Source: Candidatus Brockarchaeota archaeon (GTDB taxonomy: Archaea; Thermoproteota; EX4484-205; JAAOZO01). Taken from it: DNA of 64,000 nucleotides. The notes beneath the pieces were generated by a model. That model saw nothing but the letters and a program-made list of their open reading frames with translations. It ran no database searches and was not told the DNA's origin. How positions within the stretch are numbered: the first letter of the stretch is position 1; each line of letters starts with the position of its first letter. The position numbers and the translations under genes are program-made. The DNA lies in assembly GCA_017601145.1 (NCBI GenBank), contig JAFNIV010000002.1, positions 23,926-87,925 of the forward strand, in the 5' to 3' direction. This document shows positions 9,180 through 18,649 of the stretch, one piece after another.

Positions 9180-10184
9180 TTAAAACTTCCTATTTACAAC
9201 AAAGTCTGCTATATTTTCTAGAATAATTTTCGCTTCTGTTTGCTTCAATGGTTTTAAAGTTTCTTTTAATTTTACTTTGTATGAATTCAAAGTTTCAAAT
9301 ACTTCTTTTTCTGCATTTGTACTCTTTATAATCTTTATAGCCTCTAAGATTTCTTCCTTTGCTACTTCCTGCTTTGATATCATTCTAATAAACTTATTTC
9401 TGCTTTCATCATCCATTTCTTTCATCGACAGTAGCACAACAATGTTCGCAATTTTATGTTCCATTATGTCCTTACCAACACTTTTTCCTATGAGTTCTTC
9501 GTCTCCGTATATATCAAGATAGTCATCTGTGATCTGAAACATTACACCAAGATTGGTTCCATAATTCCTAAGTGCAGTTATTTCTTCTTCTGTACCTCCT
9601 CCAACTATCGCACCAGACTCGCAACTTGCTCTAAAAAGAGCAGCTGTTTTTTTGTCTACCATGTAAAGGTAATCCTCTACACTAATGTTTGCTCTTCTTT
9701 TTGAGTTGATAAATGGATCGTCTTCTCTTATTCCTCTTTCAAATAATACTTCAAGCATAGCGCCTTCAAGTATTTCATCTATGGTTCTTGATAGAACTTT
9801 AATTAGTCTAAGAAACTGTGGGGTCTCCTCTAAAGCTCTCACTACTGCTTCTCTATACTTTAGCCCAACAAGAAGCGAAGTCAATTCTCCAAATGCCTTT
9901 CTTAGTGTTGGTACTCCCCTCCTTGTTTCTCCCTTGTCTATTATATCATCAAAAATTAAAGTAGTATTGTGAGCTATTTCATAAGCTGCAGCAACAGGTA
10001 GAGCAGACGCTATGTCTCCACCTACCGCTTGAGCACTTAGTAAGACTAAAGTGGGCCTGATTCTCTTTCCTCCAGTTTTAATAGGGTAAAGCATTGCTTC
10101 CTTAAACTCAATCGGAATATTTTGAACCAAGAATTTTTCTATGTTGAGGTCTACATCTTTACTATAGGCAAGCAACTTCTCCAA
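9180..10184 (-). CDS. geranylgeranyl diphosphate synthase (trans-polyprenyl synthetase)
   Basis: FARM LIFDDIIDKGETRRG and SARM DDYLDIYGD motifs; apparent TTG start. Confidence 0.85.
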   Translation of the reverse strand: MEKLLAYSKDVDLNIEKFLVQNIPIEFKEAMLYPIKTGGKRIRPTLVLLSAQAVGGDIASALPVAAAYEIAHNTTLIFDDIIDKGETRRGVPTLRKAFGELTSLLVGLKYREAVVRALEETPQFLRLIKVLSRTIDEILEGAMLEVLFERGIREDDPFINSKRRANISVEDYLYMVDKKTAALFRASCESGAIVGGGTEEEITALRNYGTNLGVMFQITDDYLDIYGDEELIGKSVGKDIMEHKIANIVVLLSMKEMDDESRNKFIRMISKQEVAKEEILEAIKIIKSTNAEKEVFETLNSYKVKLKETLKPLKQTEAKIILENIADFVVNRKF

Positions 10185-10331
10185 CTCTTTATCAGGCTGA
10201 ATTAAAACATTAATATTTTAAAAAGATTTTCTTAGTAGTTAACGTCTCCTAACATTTTGTCGAACTTTAAGCTGATACTTACTTCAACAATCCCCTAATT
10301 TAATCAAATTAGTTTCTTGTATTGAGTTAGT

Positions 10332-11495
10332 TTACTTAAAATTAAAAACAAAACTCCACTCATCTAAGTCTTTTACAATCTTTTTTAGTATCTCTTTCGA
10401 AGTATTTTCAGGTAAACATAAGAATACACTAGCAATATGTTTACAAAACTGTTTTGTGCTCGCTCTTTTCTTCCAATCCTCGCAGTGATGAATTATTCTT
10501 TTTTCATTAACTCTTATCTCAAAATCATATTCCTTTACTTTACCCTTAATTTTGTTTTCGTTCATTTCTAGTATTTCAACTTTACTTTTTTCTTCTTTAG
10601 CTCTTTCAAATCTCTTCTTGTCTATAAACACTAAAATCATGTCATCTACATTTTCGCTGTTTAACGCATTAAATCCTTTCTTTTTCGTCTCTTCTATGGC
10701 AGTACTTTCAAAATACCCTAGTACTTTGTTTAGTGCTTTTTCTTGTTTCTCATTTGCTATTCCTAAAATTCTTATCATTTGTAGAGCATTCTTTGGCGCA
10801 TAGCCTCTAAAATGATTGTTGAAATATCCATACAAAGTTTCCACTTTATCTTTAATTTCCCCTATTTTTTCCCTCCATTCTTTAAGTTCCTCTTCTCTAT
10901 ACTCGTAATAGTACCAAGGCCTTTCCCCTCTTCCATGCCATCTTACATACGCTAAATTGCTTGTTACTTCAAGTACAGGTGGAAGGAGAGGTTCATCTAC
11001 TATGCAGTATCCTACGTTGTAACTCTTTAAAATTTTAAACGTGTCTTCTTGAATCCACGATTTATCTCTAAATTCAATCACAAAATCATATTTGCTTGTA
11101 TCTAAACAACTTACAAAACTAGTGAAATTTTCTAGAAGCTCTCCTTTACTTTTTGGAGGTAACTGTATCAGTAATGCTCCTAGTTTTCCACTCTCCTTCA
11201 AGGGTTGAACAAGTTTAAGAAATTTATCAAGATCCTCTAAAGTATCTTTTCTTATGTCTAACAATTTTTTATGTGAAATCTCTTTTGGAACCTTCATGGA
11301 AAACTTGAAATCCCTTGGTGCAATCCTAGAAAGACCACTTATAAAAGAAAGACTTGGAAAACTGTAAAAAGTTGAGTCAATTTCTACTGTTTGAAAAATT
11401 TCAGAGTAGTACGAAAATTGTTTTTTGTCGTCATCGTAGAACGGCCCTATCCACTCTTTGTAATTCCATCCAGAAGTTCCAATTAGCATCTTCAT
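10332..11495 (-). CDS. DUF72-family protein fused to a C-terminal SWIM-like zinc finger
   Basis: N-terminal ~260 aa match the DUF72/UPF0759 pattern (IGTSGWNYKEW...); C-terminal tail has HHCEDW...(13)...FCKH, a CxC/HxC...CxH SWIM-like arrangement. Confidence 0.6.
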   Translation of the reverse strand: MKMLIGTSGWNYKEWIGPFYDDDKKQFSYYSEIFQTVEIDSTFYSFPSLSFISGLSRIAPRDFKFSMKVPKEISHKKLLDIRKDTLEDLDKFLKLVQPLKESGKLGALLIQLPPKSKGELLENFTSFVSCLDTSKYDFVIEFRDKSWIQEDTFKILKSYNVGYCIVDEPLLPPVLEVTSNLAYVRWHGRGERPWYYYEYREEELKEWREKIGEIKDKVETLYGYFNNHFRGYAPKNALQMIRILGIANEKQEKALNKVLGYFESTAIEETKKKGFNALNSENVDDMILVFIDKKRFERAKEEKSKVEILEMNENKIKGKVKEYDFEIRVNEKRIIHHCEDWKKRASTKQFCKHIASVFLCLPENTSKEILKKIVKDLDEWSFVFNFK

Positions 11496-11545
11496 TTCTT
11501 CTTTTTCATTTTAAGTTTACAAAGAGCGATTAATAAATGAAACTA

Positions 11546-12232
11546 TTACCTTTTAAGCACTTCTACTTTGTTCTTCCACCCAACTATAAGTATGTCTACC
11601 ATGTTTAGAAAAAGACCTGTTTCTATGATACCAGGAATGCTTTTTAGCTCTTTTTCAACTTCAGTTAATTCTTTTCCCTCTGGTAATGTAACATCTATTA
11701 TCGCTCCTCCTAAGTCTGAAATTATAAGTCCGTATTTTGCTTTACTAGCTGTACGAACCGTTGCTTTATAGCCTCTTTCTTGCAGTTCTTCTAGTACCAT
11801 TGACGTAAATTGAGGAATTACTTCTATAGGTAAAGGTTGCCTTTCTCCCAACCTTCTTACAAGTTTCGAGTAGTCTACTAAGAACACCTTCTTTTTAGAG
11901 AAGTATGCCAATACTTTTTCGGTTGTTAAGGCAGCACCTCCTCCTTTTATCATGTTCATATTTTGGTCTACTTCATCAGCGCTGTCTAAGTAAATCTCTA
12001 TCTTTTTAACAGAAATTGTATTTGCTACGTTTAAGCAATAGCTTGAAAGAACTAAGGCTGTTTCCAAAGAAGATGGAACAAAAACCTTATCTCTAAATCC
12101 TCTTTCCTTTATTTCTTTTAGAAGTACTCCAACTGTTGAACCAGTTCCTATTCCTATTATTTTTGACTCCTCAATATATTTTAATGCTTCTTTTGCAGCA
12201 AGAACTTTTGCCATCTCAATGTCATTACTCAT
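11546..12232 (-). CDS. rpiA: ribose-5-phosphate isomerase A
   Basis: 228 aa; IGIGTGSTV phosphate-binding motif and the rest of the RpiA fold. Confidence 0.85.
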   Translation of the reverse strand: MSNDIEMAKVLAAKEALKYIEESKIIGIGTGSTVGVLLKEIKERGFRDKVFVPSSLETALVLSSYCLNVANTISVKKIEIYLDSADEVDQNMNMIKGGGAALTTEKVLAYFSKKKVFLVDYSKLVRRLGERQPLPIEVIPQFTSMVLEELQERGYKATVRTASKAKYGLIISDLGGAIIDVTLPEGKELTEVEKELKSIPGIIETGLFLNMVDILIVGWKNKVEVLKR

Positions 12233-12388
12233 CTTTCATCAAGAATTACTCATATCTTCTTCTTTTATTCATTTTTATTTTTTGTAAATACACAAGTACA
12301 ATAGTCGAACTTTGCTTTTATCATTTTAAAAGAAAAAATAAATGGGATAAAGTTTATTAAGTTATTTTTCTCAGCTCTTAGACAAAGA

Positions 12389-13966
12389 GTGCATAAATTG
12401 AGTGAAAAAATAAAAGATACAGAGGCTCTTTTTGTCATTGAACCCTCTTCAATATATACTAGAAGTTTTGAAAAAATACTTGGAGCTAATGAAGTTCTTA
12501 TAAGAAAAATTATAATACCTATTGAAGTTGTTAAGAGTTTTGAAGAGAGGGCGAAGTTCGGTGATGAACTTGGTATTAAAGGCTTAAGATACTTAATCGA
12601 ATTTGCTAATAAACTAAATATAGATGTTAATTTTATTCGCTCCAGAAATCAAGACAATGACCCAAAAGAGTCTGCAAGAGAAATAGCTTATAACACAAAA
12701 GCTACACTACTAACGAGCGATCCCCTTCTCTATAAGTCAAGCATCGCTATGGGTATAAGATGTGTCTATATTGAACCAAGTAAGAAAATTTCTTTAAACG
12801 ACTTCTTTAAGCCTGGTGTAATGTCAGTTCATTTAAAAGAAAATGTGACCCCAAAAGTCAAGAAAGGAGTACCTGGTAAGTGGGTCTTTGAAGAGGTTTC
12901 TCATGAACCAATAGGTAGAGAAGCACTCGAATCGCTAGTGCTAGAAATAATGGCGGCAGTTCAATCATCTTCTGTTGATAGTACTTCATTCATAGAGATC
13001 GATAAACCTGGATCGACAATAGTTCAACTTAAAGACTATAGGATAGTCATTACAAGACCTCCTTTCTCAGATGGATTGGAAATAACTGCAGTTAAGCCGA
13101 TTGTAAAGAAGTCTTTGATGGACTATAGCCTTTCTCAAATAGTTATAAATAGAATTGAACAAAGAGCAGAAGGAATACTTATTGCAGGTTCACCAGGCAT
13201 GGGAAAGTCAACGTTTGCACAAGCTTTAGCTGAATTCTATAGATCAAAAGGTAAGATCGTAAAAACAGTAGAAAGTCCAAGAGATCTACAATTACCTCCA
13301 GATATAACTCAGTATTCAAAAACAGCTGCTTCTCCCAACGAAATACATGATGTCCTACTTTTAAGTCGTCCCGACTATACCATTTTCGATGAACTTAGAA
13401 CAGACCCTGACTTTGATTTGTTTATAGATTTAAGGTTAACTGGAATTGGAATGGTTGGAGTTGTGCATGCTACTTCTGCAATAGATGCTGTTCAAAGGTT
13501 TATTCATAGAGTTGACTTAGGCCTTGTGCCCTCAATTATAGACACTATACTGTTCATGAACAGAGGAGAAGTTGAATCTGTTTATGTGCTTGAAACTGCT
13601 GTCAAGACGCCAGTTGGCTTGGCAAGGGCTGATCTAGCACGCCCTACTGTAATAATGACAAACCTCTTCACTGGAAAGCCCGAATACGAGCTTTATGTGT
13701 TCGGAGAAAAAACTTTTGTAGTGCCTATAAATAATGCTAAATCTCAAAAGGAGAAAGCGATAAACGAAGCAGTCGAAGAAGCAATGAGTGGTTACATTAA
13801 AGAATACAAGGTTGAAATCGATAGAAGAAAGATCAAGGTCTCCATTCCAACAAGGTATATGAAGGACTTCACTAAAAAAGTTCAAAAAAACCTAATAAAG
13901 GTAGGGAGAAGATTTGGAATGGTTGTAGAGCTTGAGCAAGTGAGAGAAAATCAAGATTTTGTTTAA
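12389..13966 (+). CDS. PIN-domain/PilT-like ATPase (archaeal COG1855-type)
   Basis: 525 aa; N-terminal PIN-like region, Walker A AGSPGMGKST, Walker B region, C-terminal KH-like tail. Confidence 0.65.
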   Translation: MHKLSEKIKDTEALFVIEPSSIYTRSFEKILGANEVLIRKIIIPIEVVKSFEERAKFGDELGIKGLRYLIEFANKLNIDVNFIRSRNQDNDPKESAREIAYNTKATLLTSDPLLYKSSIAMGIRCVYIEPSKKISLNDFFKPGVMSVHLKENVTPKVKKGVPGKWVFEEVSHEPIGREALESLVLEIMAAVQSSSVDSTSFIEIDKPGSTIVQLKDYRIVITRPPFSDGLEITAVKPIVKKSLMDYSLSQIVINRIEQRAEGILIAGSPGMGKSTFAQALAEFYRSKGKIVKTVESPRDLQLPPDITQYSKTAASPNEIHDVLLLSRPDYTIFDELRTDPDFDLFIDLRLTGIGMVGVVHATSAIDAVQRFIHRVDLGLVPSIIDTILFMNRGEVESVYVLETAVKTPVGLARADLARPTVIMTNLFTGKPEYELYVFGEKTFVVPINNAKSQKEKAINEAVEEAMSGYIKEYKVEIDRRKIKVSIPTRYMKDFTKKVQKNLIKVGRRFGMVVELEQVRENQDFV

Positions 13967-14011
13967 TTTTCTTCTAAAAAGTTTTTATTCCTACAATTCA
14001 AAAATAGAGTT

Positions 14012-14230
14012 ATGACGAACATCTCATATAAAATTTGGGGCATCGTCTTAGTTTGCCTTTCAGTTCTAGGTTTACTTTCATACTTTTACCTTATTTTAAA
14101 CGATTTGTGGAAGTATGCCGTCATGATAGCTTCTACCCTTTTTGTAATTCTGTTTTTTGGGTTAATTGGATGGTTGGGATTAACGATTCTTAAGATAAGA
14201 TGGCCTGCTGAACAAAAAGGAAAAACTTAA
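14012..14230 (+). CDS. small membrane protein (two predicted TM helices)
   Basis: 72-aa hydrophobic ORF downstream of the PIN-ATPase. Confidence 0.35.
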   Translation: MTNISYKIWGIVLVCLSVLGLLSYFYLILNDLWKYAVMIASTLFVILFFGLIGWLGLTILKIRWPAEQKGKT

Positions 14231-14266
14231 ATTTTCTATTTTATTTATACTTAAAGAAATTATGGC

Positions 14267-14644
14267 TTGTCAGACTCATTTGAGGAGTTAATTGTCTTAG
14301 TTTCAAATGACTTAGGACTTGCTCTTGCTTCACTCCTTGAAGGCATAAATAAAAGGAAGTTGGACAAGATTCAGGAAGCATCTGACACATTAATTGGAAT
14401 TTCTAGTAAGTACAGTAGTAGACTAAAAGAAGAAAGACACTCTATTCTATCTTTTACCCTAAGAGATGCTGGGCTGGAACTATGGGCAAGAACTAAGCAA
14501 ATATCTTCTAGAAGCTATTTAGAAGATGATCATAGATACTTTAAAGAAATCTATGACTCTCTAAGTGAAATTAAAGCTTCTATGGATTCTGGAGAGTACA
14601 AAGCTGAACTTGATAAGCTAAGAAAAGCTAAACTTAAAACGTAG
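14267..14644 (+). CDS. hypothetical protein
   Basis: 125-aa ORF, same strand and tight spacing after the small membrane protein. Confidence 0.4.
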   Translation: MSDSFEELIVLVSNDLGLALASLLEGINKRKLDKIQEASDTLIGISSKYSSRLKEERHSILSFTLRDAGLELWARTKQISSRSYLEDDHRYFKEIYDSLSEIKASMDSGEYKAELDKLRKAKLKT

Positions 14645-14879
14645 TTCTGTAACTACTGACAGTTTTTTAAAAACATTTTTGTTTACCTAAGTTTAATAAA
14701 CATGTACTAAAGTTCCTGTGAAATTCTTAAGATAGAGAAAATACCTATTGTGTAACTCATAAAATTATAAAATGAGTTTCAGAAAACTTGGAGTTTCAAC
14801 TCTTAATAGCTAAAACTTAAACATTTTTAGATGGAGTGAAAAGTAGCTAGAGGAAAAGATAGGGCCAAACTTAAGGCCA

Positions 14880-14905
14880 GTACAAACATATTTGAATGTT
14901 TGTAC
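14880..14905. promoter_or_regulatory. perfect 10-bp inverted repeat GTACAAACAT-N6-ATGTTTGTAC ~70 bp upstream of lhr; candidate operator
   Basis: Exact palindrome read directly from the sequence, located between a TATA-like stretch and the lhr start. Confidence 0.35.
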
Positions 14906-14975
14906 TATAATATAGTTTTTAAATTGAAAAAGTTTTTATAACGTTATTTTAACAACAACTCATACAAAGCTGGTT

Positions 14976-17624
14976 ATGCTACCAATGAGTTCGTATTTAG
15001 AAGATAACTTCATTTTCCTAAAGAAGCCATTTGGCAAAAAGGAATCTTTATCTGTCCTTCAGCCTTACGTTAAAGCTTGGTTTGAGAAAAATTTTGAAGA
15101 CTTAACTCCGCCACAGCGATTTTCTCTAAAGCTAATTTCTGAAGGAAAAAACGTGATTATAACTGGTCCTACGGGTTCAGGGAAGACCCTAGCTGCATTC
15201 TTATCAATACTTAGTGAACTCTTTAAACTGGGAGAAAAAGGAGAACTACTAGATTCAATTTACGTTGTTTACATTTCGCCACTAAAGGCTTTGGACAATG
15301 ATATCAAGAAAAACCTAACGATTCCATTAACTGAAATTAGAAAACTTGCTTCAGAAAGTGGAATAAATTTACCAGAGATAAGAATCTCTCTTAGAACTGG
15401 TGACGTTTCAAGCTCAGAAAAGCAAAATCAACTAAAATTACCACCTCATATCTTAATAACAACACCCGAGAGTTTAGCTGTTATTTTAAATGCTCCTAAA
15501 TTTTCTATTTTCTTAAAAACTGTAAAGTGGGTGGTAGTAGACGAAATTCATGAATTAGCGTCGAATAAAAGAGGAGTTCATCTTAGCCTATCCTTAGAAC
15601 GTCTTCAAAACTTAGTAAGTCATGAAATAGTTAGAATAGGACTAGGGGCAACTCTTTTCCCACTAGAAGAGGCTGCTAAGTTCTTAGTTGGTTATGAAAA
15701 CAATGCTCCTCGCAAGTGCTACATTGTTGATGTAAGCTGGGATAAAAAATATGACTTGAAACTTATAACACCTGTGAAAAACCTTGTGTATTCTTCTGCA
15801 GATGAACTTAATGATTCCTTATACAATATTCTAGATAAAGCTATATCAAAAGGAAAAACAACTCTAATATTCACTAATACTAGAAGTGGTACAGAAAGAG
15901 TTGTTTTTCATTTGAAAGAAAAATGGAGTAATAAATACAATGATCAAAATCTAGGTGCTCATCATGGCTCTTTGTCAAGAGACATTAGACTTGAGGTTGA
16001 AAATAAGCTAAAGAATGGTCAAATGAAAGCAGTTGTAAGCTCAACAAGTTTGGAGTTAGGCATAGACGTTGGATTCATTGATCAAGTGATTCAAATTGGT
16101 TCGCCTAAGAGTGTTAGCAGAGCAATACAAAGAGTTGGAAGAAGTGGGCATGGATTTAAAGATGTTGCAAAAGGCATATTTATTGCGATGGATAGGGATG
16201 AATTAGTAGAATTAATCGTTATGCTTCAAGAGGCAAGGTCAAGAAACTTGGACAGCATCGAAGTTCCCAAAAAACCACTTGACATACTTGCTCAGCATAT
16301 AGTTGGAATGTCCCTTTATAAAAAATGGAAAGTTGAAGAAGCCTTAAGTTTAATTAGGTCTTGTTATGCCTACAGAGATTTAACAGAAGATGAACTTATA
16401 TCTTTACTGAGATACCTTGCTGGTGAATATGTAGAACTAGAAGACAGAAAAGTTTATGGAAAAATATGGTTTGATCCTTCAGATAAAACTTTTGGAAAAA
16501 GAGGTAAATACACTCGAGTGATTTACTATTTAAACATTGGTGCAATTCCAGACGAAGTAAAAGTTGATGTTTACAAACTTCCGGGTAAGAAGTTCATTGG
16601 TGGTATTGAAGAAAGTTTTTTAGAAAGATTAAGGCCTAATGACATTTTTGTGCTTGGAGGAAAACTATACAAGTTTAGGTATGCTAGAGCGATGAAATGT
16701 TATGTAGAACATGCTCCAAAGGGTAGTACTCCAACAATACCTTCTTGGTTCTCAGAAATGTTACCACTAAGTTTTGAGTTAGCCTTACAAATTCAAAAAT
16801 TTAGAGAAAACCTAAAAAATATGTTAGTTAATGGGAAGATAAAATCAGAAATTATAGAATGGTTGAAAAATTCCTTTTCAGTAAGCAAAGATGTTGCAAA
16901 CGAAGTATATAGCTACTTTAAAGAACAATATCTTTACACTAAAACTATTCCTGGATACATGGAAATTCTTATAGAGAAAACTAAAGATGAAAAGGCAAGT
17001 TACTTAGTTTTCCATGCACTCTTTGGAAGGAGGGTAAACGATGCTTTATCTAGGTTTTTCTCCATTATTGTATCTGACGAGTTACGAAAAAACATTGGAA
17101 TAGTCATAAGTGATACTGGATTTGCACTAATAATGCCAAGATCCTATAATTTAAACTTACAAAAACTTATTGAAAAGTCAAAATCAATGGATTTAGAAAG
17201 TGTTCTAAAAGACAACGTAAGAAGAACTGAGCTTATGAAACGTAGATTTAGACATTGTGCTGCAAGAAGTTTCTTAGTCTTAAGAAATTATAAAGGATAT
17301 AAAATAAGCGTTAACAAACAACAACTTAGTTCTCAAACGATCTTAAATATAATTGAGAATAAGGATCCAAATTTTCCCGTCCTAAAAGAAACATACAGAG
17401 AAATCCTTCAAGATGTCATGGATCTAAAAAGAGCGAAGTTAGTTTTAGATTGGATTAAAGAAGGAAAACTAAAAATAAGAATAATCGAAACAAACATACC
17501 TTCACCATTTGCTCATAACTTAATTATACTTGGCGAAGAGGATGTTGTTCTGATGAGGGATAAGAAGAAAAGACTTCTTGAGTTACATGAAAAGATAATG
17601 GAAAAAATTTCGGCGTTAGGGTAA
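14976..17624 (+). CDS. lhr: Lhr-family large ATP-dependent helicase (superfamily 2)
   Basis: 882 aa; Walker A TGPTGSGKT, DEIH box, Lhr-specific winged-helix and C-terminal domains. Confidence 0.85.
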   Translation: MLPMSSYLEDNFIFLKKPFGKKESLSVLQPYVKAWFEKNFEDLTPPQRFSLKLISEGKNVIITGPTGSGKTLAAFLSILSELFKLGEKGELLDSIYVVYISPLKALDNDIKKNLTIPLTEIRKLASESGINLPEIRISLRTGDVSSSEKQNQLKLPPHILITTPESLAVILNAPKFSIFLKTVKWVVVDEIHELASNKRGVHLSLSLERLQNLVSHEIVRIGLGATLFPLEEAAKFLVGYENNAPRKCYIVDVSWDKKYDLKLITPVKNLVYSSADELNDSLYNILDKAISKGKTTLIFTNTRSGTERVVFHLKEKWSNKYNDQNLGAHHGSLSRDIRLEVENKLKNGQMKAVVSSTSLELGIDVGFIDQVIQIGSPKSVSRAIQRVGRSGHGFKDVAKGIFIAMDRDELVELIVMLQEARSRNLDSIEVPKKPLDILAQHIVGMSLYKKWKVEEALSLIRSCYAYRDLTEDELISLLRYLAGEYVELEDRKVYGKIWFDPSDKTFGKRGKYTRVIYYLNIGAIPDEVKVDVYKLPGKKFIGGIEESFLERLRPNDIFVLGGKLYKFRYARAMKCYVEHAPKGSTPTIPSWFSEMLPLSFELALQIQKFRENLKNMLVNGKIKSEIIEWLKNSFSVSKDVANEVYSYFKEQYLYTKTIPGYMEILIEKTKDEKASYLVFHALFGRRVNDALSRFFSIIVSDELRKNIGIVISDTGFALIMPRSYNLNLQKLIEKSKSMDLESVLKDNVRRTELMKRRFRHCAARSFLVLRNYKGYKISVNKQQLSSQTILNIIENKDPNFPVLKETYREILQDVMDLKRAKLVLDWIKEGKLKIRIIETNIPSPFAHNLIILGEEDVVLMRDKKKRLLELHEKIMEKISALG

Positions 17625-18397
17625 TGGAAACTAAAAAGTTCTATGAACTTTTTAAAAATGTAAAAGTTTACGATTCTATTCCAGCTTTATTTTTATCTGA
17701 CATAAGCACAATAGTAATTTCAGACCTTCATTTAGGCTATGAAGTTGCAATGGCTGAAAAGGGAATATTTTTACCAAAAGTTCAATACGAAAAAGAAATC
17801 ATCCTTCTGAAACGTTTGTCTGAATTTAAGTTTAAAACATTGGTTCTAAATGGAGATATAAAGTATGAATTTTCTGAAACTTCGTACCACGAATACAAGG
17901 AAGTCCTCAATTTTTTTGACTATATTAAAACTAAGTTTAAAAATATAACAATTGTAAAAGGAAATCATGATACATTCATTACTAGAATAACAAAGAAATT
18001 TCAACTTGAAGTTGTTGATGAAATAAAGATAAACAAATATTTGATAACTCATGGTCATGTTTTACCCAAGTCTTTTTTTGACGAAGATTGGGATACAATG
18101 ATAATAGGGCATGAGCATCCTTCAATTGCATTGTTCGACGAGCTTGGAGTAAAAGACAAACTAGAATGTTTTCTCTATGGTAATTTGGTTGATGGCAGAA
18201 ACCTAATTGTCTTACCTGCTTTTTCGTATATCTCAACAGGATCTGAGGTAAATCTCTTACCTAAAGAAGAACTTCTTTCTCCAGTTCTTAAAGAGTATGC
18301 TTTGTTAGACGATTTTAAAGTTCTAGCAGTTGATGAAGAAGTAGGCTTATTGTATTTCGGAAAGTTAAGAAACTTAAGAAACATAACAACTATGTAG
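17624..18397 (+). CDS. calcineurin-like metallophosphoesterase (Lhr-associated MPE)
   Basis: DLHLGYE, GNHD and GHEH motifs; start overlaps the lhr stop (TAATG). Confidence 0.75.
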   Translation: METKKFYELFKNVKVYDSIPALFLSDISTIVISDLHLGYEVAMAEKGIFLPKVQYEKEIILLKRLSEFKFKTLVLNGDIKYEFSETSYHEYKEVLNFFDYIKTKFKNITIVKGNHDTFITRITKKFQLEVVDEIKINKYLITHGHVLPKSFFDEDWDTMIIGHEHPSIALFDELGVKDKLECFLYGNLVDGRNLIVLPAFSYISTGSEVNLLPKEELLSPVLKEYALLDDFKVLAVDEEVGLLYFGKLRNLRNITTM

Positions 18398-18649
18398 ATG
18401 AAATTAAAAAGATAGACTTTTCTAGCCTTTTGTTGGTGTTTTTCATGACTATTTAGCTTCTTCAATTTTTACAAGCTTTATTTCATTGAGGATATGAGTT
18501 TAATAAGAAATTATAACATTAAATTTAAAAATAAATCATTTAAATCTTTTAACAATTCATCCTATTGCTAAAAATCAAAGGTCTTCTATTGAGGTTTTGT
18601 GAAAGCAAAACAGTTATTAGTAAAGCAGATTATTAGTATGTGAGTGGCG

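Noticed and set aside
9277-9972. Three plus-strand ORFs antisense to the GGPP synthase gene
   Set aside because: Contained within a gene with strong polyprenyl synthetase motifs; low-complexity translations
17846-18465. Three minus-strand ORFs antisense to the MPE gene and its 3' flank
   Set aside because: Overlap the metallophosphoesterase CDS; no features
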